Assembly: GCA_951406725.2 (NCBI GenBank)
Contig: OX597817.1
Coordinates: forward strand, 21,452,001-21,516,000
Origin: Octopus vulgaris
Taxonomy: Eukaryota
Reading direction: 5' to 3'
Length of the DNA stretch: 64,000 bases
Shown here: positions 15,011 to 29,259 of the stretch, piece after piece
Layout of the letters: every line of letters starts with the position of its first letter
Numbering within the stretch: the first letter of the stretch is position 1
Made by a program: the position numbers and the translations under genes
The notes under the pieces: model-generated
What the model saw: only the letters and a program-made list of their open reading frames with translations
Databases searched by the model: none
Told to the model about the DNA's origin: nothing

Positions 15011-16440
15011 CAAAGAGATAAAGAGAGAGAGGTAGAGATAGAGAGCGAGAGGCAAACACCCAGACAGAGAGTAACAGAATGTGTGAGAGAGATGCTTGTA
15101 AAAATAGTTATGCACATATACATGCTCAAACACGCACACGCAAACCATATATATATACATATATGCATATATGTGTGTGTTCTTGTATGTGAATATATGC
15201 CTGTGCAAGTATTACACTCAGCGTATTTTTGTAAATTCAAAACGTTCTTATTTGTGTATGTCGTTATATGTATTTCCGTGTTGAATTGTTTGACACAATC
15301 ATTATCGGGCGATAACATCTAACACGTCACACATAAAACAGCGTACTTCTTTGAGAAACTCAGCACCACTCCGCACATATATATCCGCAGTCTTTTATGA
15401 AAATTCCTTCCTTACAGCACCTGAAACATCACCATTCTCTCTGAAATACAAGCATACAAATAAGAATACGAAGCGAAATACAATAAATAGATAAATAAAT
15501 ACACTATGAACATATGGTAAAGTATTGATGTATAAAGTTAAGTAAATATTATTAAAGCGATATTCTTCAACATTTTGGGTTTCTTATACAAGAATATTGC
15601 ATAGAAAGACAAAAGCAAAATAAACAACATATAATGCAAAAGAAATTAAAAACATTTCTAAATTCTAGAAGCCCATCTTACGCAGAGGCAATAAGCCTGC
15701 GGATAAGAAAAATTTTAGTACGCTAGCTATAGTTTCTATTTGTTGTGTTTTCGTATTCAAAATCACAATATTATTTTGATATACGCATAGATAAGTATGC
15801 ATGTATGTATGTATGCATATATGTATGTATATATGTATGTGTGTGTGTAAACATATATATATATATATATGCACATACATACGTATATACATATATATAT
15901 ATATATATATATGCACATACTTATGTATATATATATATATATATATATACACATACACACACACACACTCACACTCACACACACACATATATATATATGT
16001 ACGTACGTGTGTGTGTGTGTATGTGTGTGTTCTTACGTATCAGTATTTTTGCGTCTGTGCGTATGTATATGTGTATGTGTATGTATATCTATGTTACTAA
16101 GCCTCCCTCAGCCTATTTCTCCCACGAAGTCCGTAAATAGTAAGACTTCTGGAAATAAATAACTCAGTTAAAAAACAAAAACAAAAAAAAATCAAACACA
16201 CACATACACATACACATAAACACACACACACACACAATTACACACACACACAGAATCATAACGTGTAAGTAGATAACATAAGAAAATAAGTGTATAATAA
16301 AACGCAAACAACACAAACATGAACAAAAGAAATAATCGTTGATGGCTGAAAATAGATGACGGAATTGAACAGAAAATCGATAAAGTGTAAACGATGGGTA
16401 CACAGCAGATAAGGATTTATGTATGTGAACACGTGAATAC

Positions 16441-16556
16441 ATGTATTATATGTGCGTACATGTACATATATTCATACTTCTATTTGTGCATATTTTATAT
16501 GTATTATATGTGCGTACATGTACATATATTCATACTTCTATTTGTGCATATTTTAT
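16441..16556. repeat. Perfect 58-bp tandem duplication
   Basis: atgtattatatgtgcgtacatgtacatatattcatacttctatttgtgcatattttat occurs twice. Confidence 0.92.
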
Positions 16557-16735
16557 ATATATAAACCAACGTATGTAAATATGGTACAATGAATGTGCGA
16601 ATGAATATTTCTATTATACGAAATTTAGCAAAGATGAGAGCATATATATTTGCTTACAAAATTATACTTATACCTTATATCATATATAAGTTATATATAT
16701 CTATGGTTGCCTCTTCTCTCTCACCCTCCTTTCTC

Positions 16736-16792
<57 letters not shown>

Positions 16793-17048
16793 ATATATTT
16801 ACATACATACATTCACGCAGACAAATACATGCATGCATACAAATGCTTCATGTTTTTGTACATTTTCTGCAGTTTCAGTCAACGTGAATTTCGCAATAAA
16901 CTCGACAATCACACACCTTCAGTAGATGTACAGTTGTTATTTGTACAGTAGCTTAAAAGTAATAACGTTCCTTTCTCAGAAGGACAAACAAATGTGTGCG
17001 TTTGTGCTTGTGTGTATACACACATACATACATACATACATACATACA

Positions 17049-17082
<34 letters not shown>

Positions 17083-19407
17083 CATACATGCATACATACT
17101 ACATACATACAAGCATATTTTGAAGTCATGAACGTGGAGAATGGTAACATATAATGTGTTAAGGAAATCCTTCGAAAGGGAATGGTAAAACGGGTCAGTA
17201 TGGAACAAATTGTATGCCAAACCATTTTAGGAGAGTGAAAGTGTATCTTTGGTAATAATTGGCCTAATGTAATTTCAGTGGTTCTGTAAACGGACAGGGA
17301 TACATGTTGGGCAAGAAACAATTTCAAGTACGGTAGATTGCAAATTATACGTTTTCTACACAAGTGACGTTGGTGGACGTTTTCTATGAAGGAAACGAAA
17401 ATTTAAAAAATCTGAAGCCGCCGAGTACGATGAGTCTAAATGTGAGTGAAGTCAGGTGTCAACGATGAGGAAACAAAACATTTTCTATCATCATCTCCTT
17501 AATTCGCATGAAAGTAGACATGAATTGCTTTGGATGGCATACACTTTACTCTGGACAAAACTTGTCCAGAGTAATATGTTGTATTAGTTTAATACAATAT
17601 GTTGTATTAGTTTAATTCAGTCATAGGAAAATGCGGCTCGCGGGACTTTCTAAATGGCAAGCCTAATGAGAAATTGTCTTAAATGTATTTTTAGTAGTGC
17701 AGCAAGCCAGATGATGAGGTATATTTCAGGTATATTTCAGGAATGATGTTGACAATAAGTGGTTTAAGTGTTCCAATTCTCAGCCAGACTTATATATTTT
17801 AGGAACCTGTAAGGATTCTCTCTTTGTAGTTTTGAGGATAAAAATATCAACTACTTATTCAAAATAGAAATGGCATCGAGATTGCCGTACCTACTAGAAA
17901 TATTTCAAATTTTACCAAAAATATTTCATGTATACTACTAAATGTAAATATCGAAAACCTGTCCTATGTAAAGAAAGGTCTTCAAATTCTCAAGGCTTCT
18001 ACAAACCTAGAACATGTAGAAGATAATAAACTTCATACACTTCTTTTATTCCGAGTCTTTCTGACACAACCGAAACCACTTACATTGAGTCATAATTGAA
18101 TTCTCTTTCGCGCAATTAATTTAATTTAATATTATTATAATTTTATTTTACTGTTTATCCTCCACATTCTTTATTCGTACATTACTCATCTTAACATTCT
18201 AACTAGGTTTAATTACTTAATCTTTTATTGAAACACTCCTTAAATTGTTTTTTTACTTACTTACCATTTCCACCTTTGTACATAACGCGCCAATACCCTT
18301 ATACATACAGATTGAATTTCATAGACATTTTATAACTTTCACTTCTTTTATAATACTAATTGTGATTTTTCGCTCCTCAAATTTAATCTCACAAGAACAG
18401 ACACAGGTGGTCAAGTTTGGTATTATATCCCTATCGCAATTCTTCAAGTTCCTGGATTATTGATTTTTGATGCTTCTATATATTTATCATTTTACGAAAT
18501 TGATTCCATCAATCAACCTAGAACTTAGAATTTGTGAGTCAAATTTACATTGATTTATCAGTTAACCGTATTTACTGTATCAATTGTATATAAGCCCTAA
18601 TCTATTGTACTTAAATATGTGCACATACATACACACACGCAGACATATTCACATAGGTATCTGTATGTATATATATACACAGAGAGAGAGGAAGAGAGAG
18701 AACGAGAGAAAATGAGAGAGGTATAGATAGGTTGATAGATACATGTGTATAGGCCACGCATATACAAATACATATGTGCGTATAATTAAAATTATATATT
18801 AGCATATATGTTATATATATATATGAAATATACACAGGCACACACGCACGTACACACAAAGACTTGGAGAGAGAGATAGATAAATACATAGTTAGAACAG
18901 TAAAGAGATAGATAGCTAAAACGTTGTGTGCGCACGTATATCTATATAAATATGTGTGTGTATTTGTTTATACGGACATATGCATATATGTATGTGTGTG
19001 TATGTATTACGATATTTATATGTATTCTTTAATTAATGGGTAATACCCTCCAAAGTATGAGACCGATGATATTACTAAACCTCTTCAAACTTTATAAGTT
19101 TAATTCTGCATACCATATATTAGTGTATATGGAATTCCAAAAGGCTGACGTAGAGGGATCGATGATGTGTAGTTATTAGCGTCGGGACACTGTACACAAC
19201 AAGGGTGAGAGAAGAAAGTGAGCAACGTGTGTCGGATGTGTATTAAAAGATGTGGCACAAACTCAGTCGGTTTTATATTTGAGAGTACATTTTATTAGTG
19301 GTGAGAATCACTAATGTCTGTTTGTGTTTCATATCAAAATGCGTGCACACATACATACATAATTACAGGCATACACACACATACAAACACACAATCATAC
19401 ATATGTA

Positions 19408-20090
19408 GGGGTAGGCGTGGCTATTTGATAAGTAGTTTGCTTCCTAACCACATGATTCCGGCTAGTTTCAGTGCGTGGTACATTCGGCAAGTATCTTCTA
19501 CTATACTCTTGGACCGACCATAGCCTTGTGAATGGATTTGGTAGGCGGAAACTTAAAGAAGGCCATCTTATATATATATATATATATATATGATTGTACT
19601 GGCGGCGAGCTGGCAGAACCGTTAGCACGCCGGGCGAAATGCGTAGGCGTATTTCGTCTGCCGTTACGTTCTGAGTTCAAATTCCGCCGAGGTCGACTTT
19701 GCCTTTCATCCTTTCGGGGTCGATAAATTAAGTACCAGTTACGCACTGGGGTCGATATAATCGACTTAATCCGTTTGTCTGTCCTCTCTGTGTTTAGCCC
19801 CTTGTGGGTAGTAAAGAAATATATATATATATGATTGTGTCTGTGAGCGCGCGAGTGCGTATATATATATATTTACATATATATACTAGTCTCCGTATTT
19901 GTGTCTGCCCCCCTCCACCAACGCTTGGCAACCAATGGTGTGCTAACTTCCTGTAACTTAGCGATTCAGTAAAAGAGAGCGATTGAATAAGAATTAGGCT
20001 TACAAAGAATATGTCCTGGGGTTTGAATCTTAGACTAAGTCCACTCAAGGAGGTGCTCCAGCGTGGCTACAGTCAAATGACTGAAACAAA
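19408..20090 (+). mobile_element. SINE family A (diverged), interrupted by a family B copy
   Basis: 5' half 19408-19570 and 3' half 19890-20090 match the family A copies. Confidence 0.85.
19601..19820 (+). mobile_element. tRNA-derived SINE family B, near full length, with TSD
   Basis: B box gagttcaaattcc; central gcctttcatcctttcggggtcgataaattaagtacc; (ta)n-tgattgt occurs on both sides. Confidence 0.9.
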
Positions 20091-20108
20091 TGGTAAATAT
20101 GTGTGTGC

Positions 20109-20149
<41 letters not shown>

Positions 20150-20296
20150 CGCACACACACACACACACACTTACATACATATATACATGCATGCATACAA
20201 ACATACATACGTGTGTGTGTATGCATGTGTATGTGTTCACGCGCGTACAACTTTATTTTTATGTCCAGCTCAATATCGATGTTTTGATAGAGCTAT

Positions 20297-20895
20297 GAAT
20301 ACTGCGTTATTTACCTTGAGAGGACCTGTCATATGGACGCAGAGGGCATAAAACGTATTTATATCTCTGACAGACGAAAATCGTTTGCTATAGGCACGAG
20401 AACTGCCAGGTCGCGTGATTACGACCTGCTTATTCCCCTCAGTGGCAGATGTCCGGGTGAGCTATAACAACCTAATCTCATTGTCAACGCTATATATAAT
20501 TTTAATGGTGTTTTTTTAGGCACTGAATTGTAATTATGCATCCGACATTTTATAACATATCGAATGAACCAGTATTGCCTGTATGAGAGGTCCTTTCAAT
20601 ATAAATAAGACCGTATTCGGTGGTCTACGGAAACATTCCCGTTTCGTTGGACATAAGGACAGTCTTTTGGTGTTAATAATATTTCTGTTACTATTAATTA
20701 TTTTCAAGTAAGCCCGTCGGGTATTACGTAGCGGATATCTCCTACAGAAGAGTCCAGGCAGCTATAAATCATGTTATCTCTGAATCCCGTTCCCCATAGC
20801 AGTCGATTCTCGTCTGCCAGCGATATAAATATGAGTTCTTTTATGCACCATGTGCCCATGTGAGACGTCCCCTTAAGGTAAATAACAAAATGTTC
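20297..20895. mobile_element. Old fold-back/MITE-like element with ~170-bp diverged terminal inverted repeats
   Basis: gttatttaccttgagaggacc...tatttatatctctgacagacgaaaatcgtttgctat aligns with the reverse complement of the right end gttatttaccttaaggggacg...tatttatatcgctggcagacgagaatcgactgctat. Confidence 0.75.
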
Positions 20896-21256
20896 GGTGT
20901 GTATGTATAATACATGTTTATGCATATGCGCAACTACTCGTATATATACGCATACATACGAAATATAAGCACAAACATACACCTTTTCTGGCACTCGAAT
21001 CATAAGTTAGAGTTTTATGCTAATCAGTTGTTCACTGCAGGTATCATAATTCCTTTTAAATTGTTAAGGTCTCTTTTGTTTCTACACTTTGGAGGGCGAG
21101 CTGACAATAAAAATGAAAATCCATATAACTCTTTAGCACTGCAGCTTGTATGCGTATCGTTATGATAACGTGCATTTGTAAATGCGATCAAGCGTATGCA
21201 CATGTGCATACACACATAGACACACAGCAGCAACACACACACTCTCACACGCCCGC

Positions 21257-21303
<47 letters not shown>

Positions 21304-21362
21304 AGTGTGTCTGTATACATACATACATACACACACACATATATACACACACACACACACAT

Positions 21363-21416
<54 letters not shown>

Positions 21417-24089
21417 TTATTTATTCGTATTTATACGAATTTAGGTGTGACCGGTACGGGTGGTATGTTTGTATACCCACTTATGTGCAAATTTTATATA
21501 TTGATGATCCGTAGGTGCATGATACAAGATATCATCAATTGATCACAAGTGTAAACATTTTAGAGTAGAAAATGAAATTATGAAACGGTGAAAATAGATA
21601 ACGAAAAAAAAAATAAAATGAAAAATGAACGCAAACAAATTAGTACATGGTTAAGCATAAAGTGATCATATTCAATGGAGCTATCGAATTGAATAATATT
21701 TGAATTTTCCTGAATCCTTTGTTGACTCTCACTGACCAAGCATTTGATTAACTTGCACCGGAAGCAGCTATCGGTTATTTATAAATCCTTCTTGAATATT
21801 ACTCATACCTTTTGTGATGTGATGCTTCGAGTATGAATTGAATTTATTACTGTTTCATAGTGTGAAATAGACAGTAGCAATGATTTTCATAGTACGCTAT
21901 TCAGACGCTTGGATAGATGCGGTATTGAATGCAACGATTTTTATTGACGCTGTCCATTTTAATGTAACACAGAATGAATCAAGAATTGAGTTTCTATATG
22001 CAGTTGCCCTTTCTCCTAGTAATATAACTTAAACTTAGATACGCAGGTGATTTTGCATCCTAATATTTATAATTTACTGAACTGTTGTGCATATAAGGAA
22101 ATATATCACTTATACGTGCATCACCATAGCACAATAATTTCTTTCTTGGTCATACTACATCTCCAAATGCCTGTACTGAAAATGAGTAAAATTGCTGTAA
22201 TAACATTACACATTTTAATCAAGTATATCCAAGTCGTTCCCCACATTTATGGGTCTAATCTCCGATCAGAGAATATGTCATGTACCAGAGTTTCCTCCTC
22301 CTCCTCCTCATCATCATCATCATCTCTCTCTTTCTCTCTCTCTCTGTCCCTTTGTCTCTGACTTTTTTCATATCAGTATGTCTGTCTCTCTATCTCTCTC
22401 TCACTCAAATCTCTCAAAGAACCTTCAAAACGCTATAGTTGCTGTTCTTAGCCTCCGACTAGCTATAAGTAAAAGTGTTTGATGGTTTGACAGCCCAAGC
22501 ATTAGTAGTTATTTGACCTGCATTTCCATTAGTCATCTATCCTTAGGGTGATGTGCATGTTTGTATGCATCATAAGTGTAGAAATTGAATTTTTTGAATA
22601 CTTTATTTAAGGATGGATTTAAAAATTGCTGCTGAGCAGTTTTCCCGAGGAGGAACTATATGTGCAGGAAGTTTAGGAATGTGGCAGAGAAATTATCTAT
22701 GAAGGAATGAATATTGTTGGGCACCTTAGCAAATAAATCGATAACGCAATGAACGAATTTTGTGTAGGAGGAAGATATCTTTTTTCGGGAATACAGCCAC
22801 GCATTTAGACCTATTAATGACAATGTTAGCTTGCACAAAGGAAGACTGTCAACGTACATAATATTGATAATATATCTGATAAGAAACATTTTGTCTACAA
22901 GATGAGAAGCCTATAAGCATTTGTACATACATGCATTCATACATAAATACATGTACATACGTATATATATACATATGTATGTGTATACAGATCAATAGAC
23001 AAAAACTCCCGTTTCACATACACACAAACACACATACAAACGTACACGCATGCGTGTACGTGCGCGCAATTGTGAGTATAAAAACCCCATCATAACGCTA
23101 ACCATACATGCATAGAATGAGTGTTCTGCTCCTTCCCATGGAGCCGATCTATCGTGCTGGAAGCCAATATGTTTTATTGTTTCCAACCATTTCGTCAAAC
23201 CTCTAACGAATCTATTCTCTGGCAGCATAGCTTCCTTTATTGATTTCGATTTTCGTTCTCATTATAATCGAATCTCTTCTCCTATTCCCGAGATATATCT
23301 CTTGTTCACTATATTGTGTGTCTGATCATTTATTATTGCCTCCCTCTCACTCTCTCACTCGTTTTCTTTTTCACACCACTCCTATTCGTATCTCCCTCTC
23401 ATATTCTCTTTCTATCATACATTCTCACAATTTCTTTAACTTTCTCTCTTGCTATAACTCTCACTTTGTCTATCTTTTTTAAAAAATGTATTTCTTTACA
23501 ATTTATTTATTTTCAATTCAATAGCTATACGACTCATTACATATATCTCCCCTTTCTTTCTTGTTCCCCCATATTTCCAACTCATATATTTTTCATTCAT
23601 TAAGTTGCGTTTTTCAGAAAACCATTTATTATATCAATGCTCAATTTCCAGTTAAGTTTTATTTCTTTATCTATTCTCATTTTAACATTTTCACTCTTAC
23701 TTATTCTCATTGCTTCAATTTCTTCAGGATTTGCTGTCAATTATTTACGTTACGCTTAGTTTGGTTTAATATTTTTAACTTTTTCAATCTCTTCCATGTC
23801 TTTTTATTCTATTTCCTCACTCACCAACTGTGTGTGTGTGTGTGTATGCCAGTCTATTTTATTGCCGTTCAAACTCCAAAGCGGGATAGATCTTATCATA
23901 CACCGCAATTTTCTGATTTCCGTTTCAGTCAATAATTTAAATACACCAGTGAATATCCGGCAATTATACACACACCAAAAAATATGCCCACGTGCGTACA
24001 CGCTGTGTCTGTAAGTGTGTGCATGAGGTACACGTTCACACACGCAAGAACACAATATATAATGTGTGTGTTTGTGTGTGTTTGAGTCT

Positions 24090-24305
24090 ATAAATGTGAA
24101 ACAAGGTGGAAAAATAGTACTAGAGTACCGGAGGTAGAGTAATATGCGTTAAGAAAGCTGCAAAGACATCACAGAAACGGTTACTCAGAGTTTCACGTTC
24201 CCGTTCGTTGGACAGGTTTGGTTTCCTCAAACAAAATGTCCGACGAAAGGAAATGTGAAATACTGTGTGATAGTTTGTGATGTCTTTGCAGCTTTATTAA
24301 TAAAG
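24090..24305 (-). mobile_element. Hammerhead-bearing palindromic element (family HH-A), older diverged copy
   Basis: Homologous to 48636-48860, including the tail gcatattactctacc...ttccaccttgtttcacattta. Inverted arms at about 24155-24215 and 24237-24295. Confidence 0.8.
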
Positions 24306-24340
24306 TATATATAATATATGTATGCATGTACGTATATGTA

Positions 24341-24410
24341 TATCTGTATGTATGTATATCTGTATGTATATCTGTATGTATATCTGTATGTATATCTGTA
24401 TGTATGTATA
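24341..24410. repeat. 12-bp minisatellite (tatctgtatgta)n, about 5 units
   Basis: Direct reading. Confidence 0.85.
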
Positions 24411-24579
24411 CACAGGAGTAGCTGTGTGGTAAGTAGCTTGCTAACCAACCACATGGTTGCGGGTTCAGTCCCACTGCGTGGCATCTTGGGCAACTGTCTT
24501 CTGCTATAGCCCCGGGCCGACCAATGCCTTGTGAGTGGATTTGGTAGACGGAAACTGAAAGAAGCCTGTCGTATATATG

Positions 24580-24616
<37 letters not shown>

Positions 24617-24817
24617 TTGTGTGTCTGTGTTTGTCCCCCTAGTATTGCTTGACAACCGATGCTGATGTGTCTACGTCCCCGCCACTTAGCGGTTCGGCAA
24701 AAGAGACCGATAGAATAAGTACTGGGCTTACAAAGAATAAGTTCCGGGGTCGATTTGATAGACTAAAGGCGGTGCTCCAGCATGGCCGCAGTCAAATGAC
24801 TGAAACAAGTAAAGAGT
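24411..24817 (+). mobile_element. SINE family A, full length
   Basis: A and B boxes (gctgtgtggtaa, gggttcagtccc), CORE-like ggcatcttgggcaa, internal (TA)(TG) spacer, 3' stem-loop cagtc-aaat-gactg. Confidence 0.92.
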
Positions 24818-24837
24818 AAATATATACATATATACAT

Positions 24838-24900
<63 letters not shown>

Positions 24901-27431
24901 CATACACACACACATATATATATATACACACATTCGCACATGCACATATATACTATATGTGTTAAAGTAAAAACATAATCAAGCATTGCACAGTGTGACG
25001 TAAGGTATTTATGGTTAATATAACAAGGAATAATATATGCAAATAAAAGTAGATATACATAGAAGCCTTGATAGATAGAAAGATACATTAGTTAAGCAGG
25101 TGAGGTAGGTAGGTGGACACATGCATACTTACTTACGTACACACATATAGTACATGTATGCGGATATATATGAGTGTGTGTGTGTCTGTGTGTTTGGAAA
25201 TACCAGTGTATAGATTAGATACATGAACCATATATGTGTGTATTTCCTTCTAAATTTGTATATGCATAATGAATGACATTTATATTCGCAAAACGATTTA
25301 AGCACATGGTAGCTGGATCATGTTTTGTCAACACAATAGCTGTAGACAGTATAGAAGTACTCAACAATTTGCCCATACAATTAGACAATTAATGATAAAG
25401 GAAGTGTCATGGCACTACGGAATAGTAAAATGAACACACATACAAAATACACAGGTCTCACAGATAAATGAAGACCCAACGTGGACGCAGAAAGTCAGAT
25501 GTTTACACGCTGCTTAATAAATGTAAGAGTTGGGAAATATCAGTTCCTTCAATGATGTCTAAAAGAAACGTATTGCCCGTGCGATAAGTAAACATGGGAG
25601 CTAACACAACAACATTACTTCCTTTAGAAGATGAAGGTATCATATCGTAGAAATCTCGATTGTATATTTAGAAATATAACTTATAAGAACACATTTGTAT
25701 TTTCATCATAGCATGTATTTGCTTGTTTGTGTAGTATATAAGTGTATGAGTCCCATTATATACAAATATATAACCTAATTATCATTAAATTTTTGTCCTA
25801 CCAAATATGGTTGTCTCCTGTTTTCACTGTTTCAATGAGTCACCCATATTAGTAATTATTTAGCTTGCATATAATAAGGGAGTGAATGTGATGTTGGTCT
25901 TCCTACATTGTGTTCTTTAATTAAATGTAATACATTTAATTTTACGCATATGCACATATTGTGATACACGATTAAACTTTAAAACACTGACACGCATAAA
26001 TGCACTCGGGAACACACATTAAAACACTTGAAGAAACTCTTTCTTTCTCCCAAGTTATGTTACTGCTAATATAATGATCTTCTGTACATTTTGCTGTTCC
26101 AATAGCTTATAATCATCGTCAAAGATTTAGCAAGGCCATTAACGTTTCCTGTTATACATATGGTGTTTTTACAACTTTTACATAAGAGAATGTTTTCCTC
26201 CACATTAAATGCAGTAAATTTGAATTTAGAAATTAAAATATGTCACAAACATATTATAATTAACCTTAACTTTACATATACGTATGTGTAGGCGTGTGTG
26301 AATGTGTTGTGTGTGTGTTAGAGTTTTTGTGTGTGAGTGTGTGTGTTTTTCACATGTATTTTGTGCGTGTATATACGGCGCGTCGACAATAAATGTGACT
26401 TGACACACGTCGTCAATAAGTGTGACATGAGACAAATATGAAACCTCTGAGCTATCACTGAACATAGTACATATAGCAACGAAATATAGCTAAAATCAAC
26501 CATCAATATCTTAAAATTGAAATATCCATCTACTAATGTTATCAACGCAATGTATGGATAAATGAGGATATGTTCACTGACACATGAGCTTAGTCGTATT
26601 GCAGGCAGGGTTAATACGAAGCTACGAATTAGCTAAGGTGGTTATAACTTGTTGAAGTTCATATATCTCGTCAGCTACTATTACATATACCTTCCCGAAT
26701 CCTTCACCCATTTCTATCTCCCGTTCCCCTTCTCTCTCTCTCTTTTTACTCCCGCTCTCTATCTCCAAATTTCTATCATCTTTGTACGATTTAATCATTC
26801 TATCATCTCTCTTTCGCTTTTTAACATCCTGTCCTTATCTATCTTTATTTGTCTATCCTATCCTCCACTGTAGGTAGGCTACAGAAGATAAGATGCAATC
26901 TTCCTACTCAGCACTTTTTTCTCTCGTAAGATAACTGTATATAGGTTAATGTGTTTCATTATGTGTACTGCCATATTTGCATATATCGTGTACGCATATC
27001 TGTCTCTTATCTCATGCTTCAGTTTTTATAACCTTCGATAATTAACTATATTTTAGCTGATGGCCTATATATGTACTCCCATCCAATTGCATAATTCAGT
27101 ACCAAATTAAAAACATAATATTAATATCATCTTCTCCTTTGCATCCCTTTTCTTTTAACGTGTATGTTACTTTCATCTGCAATTTACATGGTTGCAATCG
27201 TTTAGCTTCTCTTACGTTCATTTCTAAGTATTTCACAATTTCTTCAAAGGTGCCCATTTCATGACAGCAATTTATTGCACACGTTCTTTTCGACACTAAT
27301 TACCACACACAAACACACACATACACACACACGTACTCACAGACAGACGCACACATGTAAACACTATGCATATGCTTTCGTGTTGTCTACCTGTGTATTC
27401 AGCTATTTATTAATATATGTATCTCTCTATT

Positions 27432-27469
<38 letters not shown>

Positions 27470-27577
27470 TCACTATATATTTGTATAAATGTGCGTATAT
27501 ACATATTGGCATACACATATCGATAAGCATGTAAGCGTTTGATGGTTTGTTTTGTAACATATATTTGTGTGTGTAAC

Positions 27578-27809
27578 ATATTTCTTTATTACCCACAAGG
27601 GGCTAAACACAGAGAGGACAAACAAGGACAGACAAACGGATTAAGTCGATTACATCGACCCCAGTGCGTAACTGGTACTTAATTTATCGACCCCGAAACG
27701 ATGAAAGGCGAAGTTGACCTCGGCGGAATTTGAACTCAGAACGTAAAGACAGACGAAATACCGCTAAGCACTTCGCCCGGCGTGCTAACGTTTCTGCCAG
27801 CTCGCCGCC
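27578..27809 (-). mobile_element. SINE family B, full length, 14-bp TSD
   Basis: tttgtgtgtgtaac at 27564-27577 and 27810-27823; near-identical to the 19601 copy. Confidence 0.93.
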
Positions 27810-29213
27810 TTTGTGTGTGTAACCGCATAACGTCAGACGATAACGGTGTAGTACTCTGTCTGTGTGTGCATGTGTGTGCAAGTATTTATGTATATCTTTG
27901 TGTATTGTGTGTACTTATATATTTCTATATACATAGTAAGTTGTCGCTCCATCCACGTCAAATTTCCATAGCAATTAGTGCTAAAATTTTTTGGTTACGT
28001 TAAACACCTAATCCCGTAAAATGCAGTCTACCAAGCGTCAATATAGACCCGATCTATAACGTAGTAACGAAGTACATATAGCTGATTTTGGTTAACCCTC
28101 ATTCCATTAGACGACACATATCGATTTGATTGATTGATGATTACTGAAAGGTATATAATGAAGTATCAGGAATACTAATAACCTGCTTTCTCATGGTTTT
28201 GTTCATTGTTTCAGCTGAACTACTTCTTCGCTTGAAATCCGCATATTTAGCTTCGAGATGAGCCTCTGAAGCGTAATTGTGCTTGACCATGTGATTTAGT
28301 ATGTTTTTTTTTTTTTGTCCTTTCTTGATACTTTTGCGCTACGTGGTTTTACATGCTGGAAGCTTGAAGAATTGCTTTGCAATATGAGTTATCGCTTAAC
28401 AAGCTCCGAATAGATATCTTTCAAATCAGAAATTCGCGTGGTACTAGTTTCTTTATTTTGTTGCATGGACAATGTAAACAGCTGAAGAATGTTCATACTA
28501 ACTTTGTTCTAACATCGTATCATCCTCAACCTCCGTGAATCGATGGCTATGATGCATGTACATAAACAATTCAGTGCTGCGATAATCTCTATTAAGTGAG
28601 CTATAGAACTATAGATATATGTTCAATAACTCTTCGTCACCTACACATTTCATAACCCTAGCTTACTAAACACTTTCTTACACTATTTCAACCAAATTCC
28701 GTGTTAGTTATATATACATATATATGTAAGCATGTGTGGGTTTGTGTCAGTTTGTGGCAGTATTGCTACATTCTTAGTGCATAAAGCAAATGTCAGGTGA
28801 CTGACAAGCAACACCATGAAACCATCAAAGATCCACCAAAGTTATAAATGGAGCGAGGTAGGTGTCAAAGAGATTTCGAGTGTAGCTTGCTTCTTCCCAC
28901 TCATTCATGCTGGCATTACATTTCATTTAACTTCTGATAGCCCGAGCAAGAGAAATTCTTTTATAAGTGCAGTGACCATTCATTATGACGTAAAGTATAC
29001 CTAGACTGAATGATCTTCGTCATACAATTTGCATTGACGCAACCGCCAGATCTTTGCTGTTACATATAAACACACACATATGACCATGAACATACACGCA
29101 CATATTAAAATGGCCATGTATACTGAGTGTTTATGTATATCTAGTTGTAACTGTAAATGCGTATATATCTGCATATATGTGTGCATGCGTACGCGTTTGT
29201 GTATGTGTATGTA

Positions 29214-29259
<46 letters not shown>

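Noticed and set aside
22630-22890. FVHCVIDLFAKVPNNI (minus strand) resembling a CR1/L2 ORF2 end
   Set aside because: Marginal similarity and no tail recognised
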